This document shows positions 31,198-40,535 of a stretch of DNA of 64,000 bases, in pieces. Each line of letters opens with the position of its first letter. Position 1 is the stretch's first letter. The DNA is from Eubacteriales bacterium (lineage in GTDB: Bacteria > Bacillota > Clostridia > Lachnospirales > Lachnospiraceae): assembly GCA_044425705.1 (NCBI GenBank), contig JAWXVD010000006.1, positions 134 to 64,133 on the forward strand, given 5' to 3'. Both the position numbers and the translations under genes were made by a program. The notes beneath the pieces were generated by a model. The model worked only from the letters and a program-made list of their open reading frames with translations, ran no database searches and was not told the origin of the DNA.

Positions 31198-31773
31198 ATG
31201 AAAAGGATGAATAGGAAAATGATTCTCATAACAGGTGGAAGTGCTAGTGGAAAATCAGAATATGGGGAATCCTTGATTTTAGATAGTGAATATAGGAATA
31301 GAATTTACATTGCAACAATGGAACCTTTTGGTAAGGAAGCAAAAGAAAGAATAATCAAACATCAAGAAATGAGAAAAGAGAAAAATTTCTCTACCATAGA
31401 ATGTTATGGTATGTTGACAGATGAAGTAGTTCTATGGCAAATAGAGCAGGAAACATTATCTGAAAGTTGTATTCTTTTCGAATGTATTTCCAATTATTTA
31501 TCTAATAATATGTTTAAAAGCTGTGAGAAGGCTAACAATATAGAAGAATTGATCGTTCTTATGATAGAAGAATTAAAAAAATTAGATCAAGCATGTGGTG
31601 AATTAGTAATTATCTCTAATGAAATTTTTTCTGATGGAATACGTTATGATAAAGAAACCCAGGATTATATTGACTTTTTAGGGCGAATCAATCAAGAACT
31701 GGCAAAGTTATCCCACACAGTAATAGAAGTAGTATGTGGTATTCCAGTAGAACATAAAAGCTTATTAAATTAA
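31198..31773 (+). CDS. cobU: Adenosylcobinamide kinase/adenosylcobinamide-phosphate guanylyltransferase
   Basis: P-loop ILITGGSASGKS and overall CobU length; the C-terminal NEIFSDG replaces the usual NEVGMG. Start codon uncertain (31198/31207/31219). Confidence 0.75.
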   Translation: MKRMNRKMILITGGSASGKSEYGESLILDSEYRNRIYIATMEPFGKEAKERIIKHQEMRKEKNFSTIECYGMLTDEVVLWQIEQETLSESCILFECISNYLSNNMFKSCEKANNIEELIVLMIEELKKLDQACGELVIISNEIFSDGIRYDKETQDYIDFLGRINQELAKLSHTVIEVVCGIPVEHKSLLN

Positions 31774-31868
31774 GTGACGTGAATCATAGAGATGATTATT
31801 TTGTACTATTATTGATCACATTCTAAATGTAGAAGGGAGCGTATGGTGTCAATACATCATACAAGTAA

Positions 31869-32273
31869 ATGATGGAATTATATATTGGAGGCTGTTATCA
31901 AGGGAAATTAGCCTATGTATTAGAAAAAAAGAAATGGAACGGCATTGAGATACTAAGTGGTGAGTATATTAGTTGGGAAAAATTAGAAAGCTGCCAGGTA
32001 TGTGATCATTTTCATGATTTTTTAAGAAAAGAATTGAATTATTATACTTCAGAAAAAGAAGCACAGATAGAAGTAATCAAGCGACTAGAAGATGTTTTTA
32101 AAAAAAATCCATCGCTCCTTGTGATTTGTGATGAAGTGGGTATGGGTGTAGTTCCTATGGAGAGACAAGAACGTGATTATCGGGAATTAGTAGGAAGAGT
32201 ATGTGTGTACTTAGCAAAAAATGCAAGTCATGTAGAACGTATTGTAGCAGGAATGGGTCAAATACTAAAATAG
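31869..32273 (+). CDS. CobU-like protein with degenerate P-loop (short paralog)
   Basis: C-terminal VICDEVGMGVVP...YRELVGRV..LA is canonical CobU; the N-terminal GGCYQGKL lacks the Ser/Thr of Walker A; 134 aa. Confidence 0.6.
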   Translation: MMELYIGGCYQGKLAYVLEKKKWNGIEILSGEYISWEKLESCQVCDHFHDFLRKELNYYTSEKEAQIEVIKRLEDVFKKNPSLLVICDEVGMGVVPMERQERDYRELVGRVCVYLAKNASHVERIVAGMGQILK

Positions 32274-32347
32274 AGAATTATCAAAAATAGATTGAATGTT
32301 ATCTTGAAATTAAGGTACTAAAACTGAACATCAGAAAAGGAATTCAT

Positions 32348-32980
32348 ATGAAAATATATTTAATTAGGCATGGGCAGACAGAAGGAAATAAAGATAAACG
32401 ATATTTAGGCATTACAGATGAAGCACTTTGCGTAGAAGGAAAAGCAGAGATTTTGAATAGGGTAGAAGGGGGATGTTATCCAGCAAGTGATTTTTTATTC
32501 GTCAGCCCTATGAAACGTTGTTTAGAAACTGCATCTATTATTTTTCCAGAAGTGCAGCAAGTAGTAGTGTCAGATTTACGAGAATGTGATTTTGGCAGTT
32601 TTGAATATAGGAATCATGCTGAAATGGATGGAGAGAAAGCATATCAGGAATGGATAGATTCTAATGGTTTATTACCTTTTCCTGGTGGAGAAAGTTTGCT
32701 TTCCTTTCAAAAAAGATGTGCAGCAGCATTTCTAGAAACCATACAAGGATTAGAAAAAATAATGCAAGAAGATAAAAATAATATTACAAGTCAAAATAAT
32801 GGAAAAGATACAAAAGATAAAAAGGTATCGTTTGTGATACATGGAGGAACCATTATGGCGATTATGTCAGCATTTTCCAATGATCCTACGAAATATTTTA
32901 ATTATTTATGCGACAATGGAAGAGGGTATATTTTAGATTGGGAGGACGGAACATGTATCAATATTCAATCGTTGCAATAG
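32348..32980 (+). CDS. cobC: Alpha-ribazole phosphatase (histidine phosphatase family)
   Basis: IYLIRHGQTEGN catalytic motif, location within the cob cluster. Confidence 0.75.
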   Translation: MKIYLIRHGQTEGNKDKRYLGITDEALCVEGKAEILNRVEGGCYPASDFLFVSPMKRCLETASIIFPEVQQVVVSDLRECDFGSFEYRNHAEMDGEKAYQEWIDSNGLLPFPGGESLLSFQKRCAAAFLETIQGLEKIMQEDKNNITSQNNGKDTKDKKVSFVIHGGTIMAIMSAFSNDPTKYFNYLCDNGRGYILDWEDGTCINIQSLQ

Positions 32981-33912
32981 GAATAGGTTTCTGTCTTGAT
33001 TTGGTATTTGGGGATCCTTATTTTATGCCACATCCCATTCGCTATATTGGAAATTTGATTTCTTTCTTAGATAAAAAGTTAAGACCTGCTTGTAAAAATA
33101 ATAAAAAGAAGGAACGGATAGCAGGTATTTTATTGGTGATTTTTGTGACGGGTATTACAGTGCTTGTGACAGGAAGCTGTATTTATTTGGCATATAAAAT
33201 ACATCCCATAGCAGGATTTATTTTAGAAACTTTCTGGTGTTATCAGCTGTTGGCTGGAAAATGTTTACAGACAGAAAGTAAAAAAGTGATGGATGCATTA
33301 GAAGATGGAACACTGGAGGAAGCTAGATATGCGGTATCTATGATCGTCGGAAGAGATACTAAGGAGTTAGACAAAATTGGTGTCACAAAGGCTACTGTAG
33401 AAACAGTAGCGGAAAATACAGCAGATGGTGTAGTTGCTCCTTTACTATTTATGATGCTTGGTGGAGCAGTAGGTGGATTCTTTTACAAAGCTGTCAATAC
33501 CATGGATTCTATGGTGGGATATAAAAATGAAAAATACCAATATTTTGGTACCGCAGCTGCAAAATTAGATGATGTATGTAATTATTTACCTGCTAGAATC
33601 TGTGCGATTTTCATGATTTTCACTGCTTACATATGTAAGTTGGATGGAAAAAATGCATATCGAATCTGGAAACGAGATAGAAGAAATCATAAAAGTCCCA
33701 ATTCCGCACAGATGGAATCTGTATGCGCTGGAGCATTAGGGATTCAATTAGCAGGAGATGCTTCATATTTTGGAACGCTACATAAAAAACCATATATAGG
33801 TGATGCTACCAGAGAGATAGAACCAACAGATATTAAAAGGTCTTGGATTTTATTATATGGCGCTGGTGTTATGACTACAATTTTGATACTCATAATAGGT
33901 ATTGTAGCCTGA
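32953..33912 (+). CDS. cbiB: Adenosylcobinamide-phosphate synthase
   Basis: DLVFGDPYFMPHPIRYIG, SPNSAQMES, GAL.IQLAG motifs; ATG 32953 with GGAGG SD, overlapping the cobC end. Confidence 0.85.
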   Translation: MYQYSIVAIGIGFCLDLVFGDPYFMPHPIRYIGNLISFLDKKLRPACKNNKKKERIAGILLVIFVTGITVLVTGSCIYLAYKIHPIAGFILETFWCYQLLAGKCLQTESKKVMDALEDGTLEEARYAVSMIVGRDTKELDKIGVTKATVETVAENTADGVVAPLLFMMLGGAVGGFFYKAVNTMDSMVGYKNEKYQYFGTAAAKLDDVCNYLPARICAIFMIFTAYICKLDGKNAYRIWKRDRRNHKSPNSAQMESVCAGALGIQLAGDASYFGTLHKKPYIGDATREIEPTDIKRSWILLYGAGVMTTILILIIGIVA

Positions 33913-34068
33913 AAAGTAGACTTTACAGCTAGTAATTTATATCTTAGGAACCTAGTTTGCTTGGCGTTCAGTAGATAATGATTCAGTGGTGTTTTTAATG
34001 TTTGACGAAGACTAGATAGTGTAGTATCGTATAAGAGGATAGAAATTGAGAAATGGGAGACATTAACG

Positions 34069-34743
34069 ATGGAAAATACGAAATTTGCAAAAGACACTAG
34101 TGAACGCTCTAAATTAGAATGGGCACAGGGTTTGTTAGTATTATTTATAGGGCTATGTATTGCACACTTGGGAGTTACCTTGTTTGTATTAGCAAATTTG
34201 GGGACAGATACCTTTACAGTGTTGATTCAAGGAATTGCAAATACCTTTGGGTTAACTATTGGCACATGGCATGTGATTGCATGTATTACAATTATGGTAC
34301 TTTTGTTGATGACTACAGAAGGCTATGTGAAGCCTGGTACAGTGGTTTGTGCTTTTTGTGGTGGTTGGATTATTGACTTTTTTAGCTGGGCATTAAGCCC
34401 GTTTATCAATGATCAAACATCTATTATTGTAAGGGTTGTTGTTTTAGTGTTAGGTGTTGTGATTTTAGGAGTTGGAATGTCTGTAGTGATAAAGAGTAAT
34501 TCAGGCACAGGTCCTAACGATTTGGTTGCTATTGTTTTATCAGATAAAGTGGGAAGTAAATTCAAATTACAGTTTCGTACAGTCAGGATTATATGTGATA
34601 TTGTCTTTGTTGTACTGGGATTTATATTAGGTGGTGTTGTAGGAATTGGAACCATTATCGCTGTTGTGATTACAGGTCCTATCGTACAATTCTTTTTGCC
34701 GAAAAGTGAAGCAGTGATACATAAAATTTTCCCTAGTATTTAA
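34069..34743 (+). CDS. YczE/YitT-like integral membrane protein
   Basis: Six predicted TM segments, GTDTFTV and GTGPNDL motifs reminiscent of the YczE/YyaS family. Confidence 0.55.
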   Translation: MENTKFAKDTSERSKLEWAQGLLVLFIGLCIAHLGVTLFVLANLGTDTFTVLIQGIANTFGLTIGTWHVIACITIMVLLLMTTEGYVKPGTVVCAFCGGWIIDFFSWALSPFINDQTSIIVRVVVLVLGVVILGVGMSVVIKSNSGTGPNDLVAIVLSDKVGSKFKLQFRTVRIICDIVFVVLGFILGGVVGIGTIIAVVITGPIVQFFLPKSEAVIHKIFPSI

Positions 34744-34790
34744 GGATATTTTTGGGAACGATGTCAGCTAGTAGGTTAATTTGTATTTTA

Positions 34791-34822
34791 CGGTGCAAAG
34801 TTACCAAGCTGAGAGAAAGGTG
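34791..34822 (+). repeat. Partial copy of type 2 repeat 3' module
   Basis: CGGTGCAAAGTTACCAAGCTGAGAGAAAGGTG matches the 3' part of the element at 57001-57070 and the motif at 63777-63803. Confidence 0.4.
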
Positions 34823-34833
34823 TGGTTATTAAA

Positions 34834-36456
34834 ATGAAAAAATCGGTAGGAATACTTATTAGTTTGGTGGTTATTAGTTTAGTTGCATTTGTATATTATT
34901 ATATTACACTGCCTGCAATTAACATTCATTCAAGTGGGTTTTGGTTTTTTATTATGTTTTTACTTATTGTAGCAATGCTACTTGTTGTTTTGATGAAAAA
35001 GCCGTTAGAAGTGCCAGTTGAATCTATAGGAAGTTTCATTGGTCAAATCAAATTGGTGAAATTTTTAGGTGCTATATTAATCTTAGTATTTGTAGTTTAT
35101 ATTGGTGGAAGCATTCTTTCATCACCAATTGTCAGTGCAGATTTATATCAAAAATTATTGACTGTTGAAGAAGGGAATTTTGCAGATGACATGGAAGAAG
35201 CTGACTATCAGACAATCCCTTTGTTAGACAAAGATTCTGCTACCATTCTAGGAGATAGAAAAATGGGAAGTCTTGTAGAGATGGTATCGCAATTTGAAGT
35301 GGGTTCAGATTATACACAAATTAATTATAATGATATTCCAGTTCGTGTAACCCCTCTTGTGTATGCAAGTGGTATTAAATGGTTTACCAATCAGAGCGAT
35401 GGAATACCAGCATATATTATGATTGATATGGCCACACAAGATACAGAGTGTGTCATCTTAGATGAAGGAATCAAGTATTCAAAATCAGAATATTTTAACA
35501 GAAATATCTACAGACATTTACGATTTAACTTCCCTACTTATATCTTTGATAGTCAGATTTTCTTTGAAATTGACGATGAAGGTGTTCCTTATTGGGTTGC
35601 ACCTGTAAAGAAATTTAATATTGGATTATTTGGTGGGCAAACAGTAGGTAGAGTTGTTATTTGTAATGCACAAACAGGCGAATGTACAGATTATGCAGTA
35701 GAAGATGTACCACAATGGGTGGATAAAGTATATTCAGCAGAATTATTGACACAATTATATGATTACCATGGACTATATAAAAATGGATTCTTCAATACCT
35801 TATTGAGTCAAAGAGATTGTTTGACTACTACAAATGGATATAATTATATTGCACTAGAAGACGATGTATGGGTATATACTGGTGTCACATCGGTAAGTGG
35901 CGATCAATCTAATGTAGGATTTGTATTGATGAACCAAAGAACTATGGAAACAAAGTATTATACGGTTGAAGGTGCTATTGAAGATTCGGCAATGTCTTCG
36001 GCAGAGGGGCAGGTACAGAATTTAGGATATGATGCAACCTTCCCATTATTATTAAACATTGCAGGAGAGCCAACTTATTTTATGGCATTAAAAGATGCAG
36101 CTGGTTTGGTAAAGCAGTATGCCATGGTAAATGTTCAAAAATATCAATGGGTAGCAACAGGTGATACCATGCAGGCTTGTGAGAAAAACTATACAGAGCT
36201 TTTAGATACCAATGGAATCGTTAGTGAAGATAGTGATACGTATAAAACCGCAAAAGGGATAATAGAATCTATTTCACCAGTAGTATTAAGCGGAACAACA
36301 CATTACTATATTTGTATGGAAGGAAATAATGATATTTTTGATATTGACATTTCAGATGAAACATTAATTCCGATTATTAGATTTGCAGTAGGAGATTCTG
36401 TCACGCTCACCTATATGGAAGGATATGGGCTTCATGGAGTAAGAAGTATACAGTAA
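34834..36456 (+). CDS. Membrane-anchored protein of unknown function (3 N-terminal TM segments + large extracytoplasmic domain)
   Basis: Long ORF with hydrophobic N-terminus; no recognisable catalytic motif; the start may be GTG 34822. Confidence 0.6.
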   Translation: MKKSVGILISLVVISLVAFVYYYITLPAINIHSSGFWFFIMFLLIVAMLLVVLMKKPLEVPVESIGSFIGQIKLVKFLGAILILVFVVYIGGSILSSPIVSADLYQKLLTVEEGNFADDMEEADYQTIPLLDKDSATILGDRKMGSLVEMVSQFEVGSDYTQINYNDIPVRVTPLVYASGIKWFTNQSDGIPAYIMIDMATQDTECVILDEGIKYSKSEYFNRNIYRHLRFNFPTYIFDSQIFFEIDDEGVPYWVAPVKKFNIGLFGGQTVGRVVICNAQTGECTDYAVEDVPQWVDKVYSAELLTQLYDYHGLYKNGFFNTLLSQRDCLTTTNGYNYIALEDDVWVYTGVTSVSGDQSNVGFVLMNQRTMETKYYTVEGAIEDSAMSSAEGQVQNLGYDATFPLLLNIAGEPTYFMALKDAAGLVKQYAMVNVQKYQWVATGDTMQACEKNYTELLDTNGIVSEDSDTYKTAKGIIESISPVVLSGTTHYYICMEGNNDIFDIDISDETLIPIIRFAVGDSVTLTYMEGYGLHGVRSIQ

Positions 36457-36544
36457 ATAGTAGGTTACTGTTCGCACAGCACTATACATTTATTGCATAG
36501 GACGTATGAAAATGTTGTTAAAATAATAAAGGTAGGTGTTACCG

Positions 36545-37486
36545 ATGATTAAATATTTAAAGACAGAAGAAGGTATCATACATGAAATAAATGAAATAGA
36601 AGAAGGCAGTTGGGTTCGTATGATTAATCCAACAGCAGAAGAATGTGAACGTATCGCAAAATGTGTCAATATTGATGTAGAAGATATTATGGCACCACTG
36701 GACAGTGAAGAAAGTGCCAGATTAGAAATTCAAAAAGCACATACGCTGATTATTGTGGATATTCCGACCATCGAGATGGAGCAGGATAAACCTATGTATA
36801 CAACGGTACCTTTGGGAATTATATTGACGGCACAGCAAATTATTACTGTTTGTAATACAGATATTCTCATTTTACAAAATTTTGTAAATAATCAAGTTCG
36901 AGAATTTAGTACGAAGAAGAAATTACGATTTGTTTATCAGATATTAAATACCATTGCCCTGCATTATCAAGAAAAGCTCCGTATCATTGATAGACGTAGA
37001 ATGGAAATCGAGCAAAGAGTTGAAAAAACTACGGAAGATGCAGATTTAATCAACCTACACAAGCTAGAATCCATGCTTGTATATTTTGCAACTTCATTGC
37101 ATGCCAATGAAGTTGTATTGAATCGATTGATTCGATATAAACGCTTAGAACAATATCCAGAAGACGAAGAACTATTAGATGATGTGATGATTGAAACAAA
37201 ACAGGCCATTGAAATGACCACAATCTATAGAGATATTATCAGTGGTACAAGAGAGCTGATGGCTACCATTATTAGCAATCGATTAAACAATGTGATGAAA
37301 CGCTTAACAGCAATTACCATTATTATGGCAATTCCTACCGTGATATCTGGATTTTACGGCATGAATGTGAATGAAGCAGGAATGCCATTTTCTGATTCTG
37401 TATATGGATTTATGATTATTGGTGGGTTGACAGCATTGACAGGATCAATTACTTGGTTGGCGTTAAAGAGGAAAGATATGCTTTAA
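36545..37486 (+). CDS. corA: CorA-family magnesium/cobalt transporter
   Basis: GFYGMNV (GMN) motif between two C-terminal TM helices. Confidence 0.85.
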   Translation: MIKYLKTEEGIIHEINEIEEGSWVRMINPTAEECERIAKCVNIDVEDIMAPLDSEESARLEIQKAHTLIIVDIPTIEMEQDKPMYTTVPLGIILTAQQIITVCNTDILILQNFVNNQVREFSTKKKLRFVYQILNTIALHYQEKLRIIDRRRMEIEQRVEKTTEDADLINLHKLESMLVYFATSLHANEVVLNRLIRYKRLEQYPEDEELLDDVMIETKQAIEMTTIYRDIISGTRELMATIISNRLNNVMKRLTAITIIMAIPTVISGFYGMNVNEAGMPFSDSVYGFMIIGGLTALTGSITWLALKRKDML

Positions 37487-37647
37487 GTTCATCTCCTCTA
37501 TAAGGAAAAATAGTCACTTTCGTGACGGATCTGAAGAGATAAATGGAAGGTTAAATAGAAAATAATAATTAAGTCAGGATACATTTATTGTTAGTTTTGG
37601 AGAGTATCCAATTTCTTCGAGATCAAGAAACAATTACAGTTTTCCAC

Positions 37648-37682
37648 TATATGAAAAGTGGAACTATTTTTGTACGCAAATG
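37648..37682 (+). terminator. Possible terminator after corA
   Basis: TTCCAC/GTGGAA stem followed by TATTTTT; weak. Confidence 0.35.
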
Positions 37683-37810
37683 CGGTGTCTTGATAGGCAT
37701 CGTTTTTTTTTTATGAGATAAAACATGTTAAATTTGAATTAAAAAATACATTCATATCTTTGATACAAAGATACTGAAAGTATAACAAAAGAAAAGGAGG
37801 AGAGGAGTTT

Positions 37811-38571
37811 TTGTTAAAAGCAGTTGGTCGTATCTTTTTGGTATTAATTGGAATTAGTTTTATTAGTTTTTTATTGATTTATATGTCACCAGGTGATCCT
37901 GTTCGCGCTATGTTTGCGGTTAGTGGAAATATTCCAGCTGAAGAGGTATTAGAGGAAATGAGGGAAGAGTTGGGGTTGAATCGCCCGTTTCTCGTACAAT
38001 ATGGTGATTGGTTATTGTCTTGTTTTTGTTTAGACTTTGGAACATCCTATTCTACTGGAGAACCAGTCCTTGCTTTATTAATTGCAAGACTTTGGCCTAC
38101 CCTAAAGATTACAGGACTATCGCTGCTGTTTATGACTATCTTAGCGATACCGTTAGGCTTGGCATCAGCCCTACATCCTAATTCATGGCTGGAAAATATG
38201 CAAGGCAGATACGTGGGTTGGTGTTAGAAGAGTTAACACAGGATTATTTGATTGGTGCTAGGGCAAGAGGAATCAGGGAAAGAACTATCATTTGGAAACA
38301 TGTGATTCCCAATGCAGTATTACCGTTAATTACTATGTTTGGTTTATCCATAGGTTCTTTACTTGGTGGAACGGCAGTAGTAGAAATCATTTTTTCTTAC
38401 CCAGCATTAGGATCCTTGGCATTGAGTGCTATTACAGCAATGGACTATCCATTGATTCAAGGATATGTGCTGTGGGTTGCACTGATTTATATGGTGGTCA
38501 ATTTAACTGTGGATGCCTCCTATAAAAGGTTGGATCCTAGAATTGCAAAAGGAGTAGAGGGCAATGAATAA
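37811..38571 (+). pseudogene. OppB/DppB-type peptide/nickel ABC permease remnant (internal deletion + frameshift)
   Basis: N-terminal 125 residues (MLKAVGRIFLVLIGISFISFLLIYMSPGDPV...) and a C-terminal ~100 residues (..LEELTQDYLIGARARGIRERTIIWKHVIPNAVLP..YKRLDPRI) lie in different frames, with the middle of the protein missing. Confidence 0.7.
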
Positions 38572-39018
38572 AGTAATGAGAAGATTTTATATATCTTGCT
38601 TCTTTGTGATATTATGGTTTCCTTTCCAGGAATGGCATTAGCAATTGCCGTATGCGGGATGTTGGGAGCAGGTATTATGAATGCAGTCATTGCAATCACT
38701 GCTGTAAGTTTTACAAAATATGCAAGATTATCAAGAAGTTCACAAGGAGAAGTGCCAAGTGCCACAAACCTACCCAAAGGATGCCCGTTTGCGTCTAGGT
38801 GTAGTGAGTGCATTGAAATTTGTAAAAATGAAATACCTAAAATGAAAGAGGTAGCTGAAAGACATCAAGTGGCTTGTCATTTGTTTTCTGGAGCAAATCA
38901 AATCTATGCTGAAGCAGGAGCAAATCCTCGTGACGCTGCAGAAAACACGGAAACTAGTAGAGGGTTTAGTGTGAAAATGGCAAAAGAAATGCTAAAGGAT
39001 GCAGAGTGGGAAGTATAA
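38564..39018 (+). pseudogene. Chimeric remnant of oppC, an opp ATPase C-terminus and an SBP fragment
   Basis: OppC-like start MNKVMRRFY, OppC core fragment GMALAIAVCGMLGAG..FTKYARLSRS, ATPase C-terminal fragment PKGCPFASRC..C..E.P....HQVACHLF and SBP5-like MAKEMLKDAEWE, all within 450 nt. Confidence 0.6.
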
Positions 39019-39066
39019 TTAGCATATAGCATTATTCATGTATTTCGGCTAGTAACATAGTATTCG

Positions 39067-39393
39067 TTACGACATGCCCCATATAGCGAGAGATTGTAAA
39101 GTTGGCATCAGCTCTTTAGATTTTTCAGTGACAAAGTATTCTACTCGGATAGGCATTTCATTATATTGTACCCTTGTAATTAAGCCATCTTTTTCTAGCT
39201 CTTTTAATGAAGATGCTAACATGGTATTTGTTATGCCTTGTACTTTTTTCATCAGTTCGCTATATCGAATCCCTTCTTCGCAGGAAAGTACACAGAGAAT
39301 AGGTATTTTCCATTTGCCACCGATACGCTTTAAAGCAATTTGTAATGGACAGGCTTCTCCACAGGGACAATGATCAGCTTTACAGTTACTCAT
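39067..39393 (-). CDS. HxlR-family transcriptional regulator
   Basis: CPLQIALKRIGGKWKIPIL...RYSEL..., ~108 aa. Confidence 0.85.
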   Translation of the reverse strand: MSNCKADHCPCGEACPLQIALKRIGGKWKIPILCVLSCEEGIRYSELMKKVQGITNTMLASSLKELEKDGLITRVQYNEMPIRVEYFVTEKSKELMPTLQSLAIWGMS

Positions 39394-39517
39394 ATTTTTC
39401 TTACCTCCTCAGATTTAATTGGGTTATTGACTATCAATTTTTGGTGTGATACTATCATATCAACTAATAAAAACAAAGTCAATCAGAAAAACTGAGAATA
39501 GGAAGGGTGAGGTAATT

Positions 39518-39928
39518 ATGAAAGCAAAAGTAGTTTATTACACAAAATCTGGAAATACAAAGAAAATAGCAGATGCTATTGCAACTGAAGTTGGATGTGT
39601 TGCTGTAGATATGGATCAAACAATCACAGAAGAGCTTGATGTACTGTTTTTAGGAGCATCAGTATATAAGTTTGGAATAGATAAGAAAGTAGTTGAATTT
39701 ATTGATAGTTTAGATTCTAAAAAATTTGGGAATGTTGTTATTTTTTCAACATCTGCTATGTCTGATAGTGGATATCCTAAATTGGTTGATATTTTAACAA
39801 AAAGAGGATTTCAGGTATCCAACCAACATTTTTATTGCAAAGGACAATTTATGTTTGCTAATAAAAATAGACCGAACCAAGATGATGTAAACAGTGCAAA
39901 ACAATTTGCTAAATCTATTATTAAATAA
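39518..39928 (+). CDS. Flavodoxin-like protein
   Basis: MKAKVVYYTKSGNTKKIADAIA FMN-binding loop; ATG 39518 with SD GGTGAGG; divergent from hxlR. Confidence 0.8.
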   Translation: MKAKVVYYTKSGNTKKIADAIATEVGCVAVDMDQTITEELDVLFLGASVYKFGIDKKVVEFIDSLDSKKFGNVVIFSTSAMSDSGYPKLVDILTKRGFQVSNQHFYCKGQFMFANKNRPNQDDVNSAKQFAKSIIK

Positions 39929-39943
39929 TAAGGACGACCTACG

Positions 39944-40426
39944 ATGAAACGTTTAAAAGTAATTGCTTGTGAAGTTGCATTTCGAGAACTTTGTTATTGT
40001 GCTAGTCAGTGTAGAGCGATGATTGATTTTACCTTTATGACCCAAGGTTTGCATGATAAAGGTGCAACACCTATGAAGCAAATGTTACAAGACGAGATTG
40101 ATAAGGTGGATATTCATAAATATGATGCTATTGTATTAGCATATGGTCTTTGTAGCAATGGAGTAGTGGGGCTACAATCAAAGCTACCGATGATTATACC
40201 GAAAGCTCATGATTGTATTACTTTTTTTCTGGGTTCTAAAGAAAGATATGCAGAATTTTTTGATAAAAACAGAGGTACCTATGTTTATACATCTGGCTGG
40301 ATAGAACGTGGGATGAATTCATTCCACCTGCTCATAGAATTGTTGCAACCAATGATTGTAATATTATTGGATTCCATGCACAGTAGGGAAAGAGGTAATT
40401 TTTTATGGCTTAGCCGTGAAATATAA
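39944..40426 (+). CDS. DUF1638-like protein (C-terminus possibly aberrant)
   Basis: The N-terminal MKRLKVIACEVAFREL pattern resembles DUF1638; the last ~35 residues look atypical. Confidence 0.5.
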   Translation: MKRLKVIACEVAFRELCYCASQCRAMIDFTFMTQGLHDKGATPMKQMLQDEIDKVDIHKYDAIVLAYGLCSNGVVGLQSKLPMIIPKAHDCITFFLGSKERYAEFFDKNRGTYVYTSGWIERGMNSFHLLIELLQPMIVILLDSMHSRERGNFLWLSREI

Positions 40427-40456
40427 AAAGAGTATCGTTTGGATACTCTTTTTTTG
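40426..40456 (+). terminator. Rho-independent terminator
   Basis: AAAAGAGTATC / GATACTCTTTT stem followed by a T-run. Confidence 0.7.
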
Positions 40457-40535
40457 TGCTTTTCTTGAAATGCAATATAGATTTTGCTATGATGAATATA
40501 TAGTTTTTTACATGAGAACTTTAGGGGTGAAGCGC

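Noticed and set aside
33913-34068. Riboswitch upstream of the YczE-like gene
   Set aside because: Some short stems are present, but there is no match to any riboswitch consensus I can recall and no terminator/anti-terminator arrangement.
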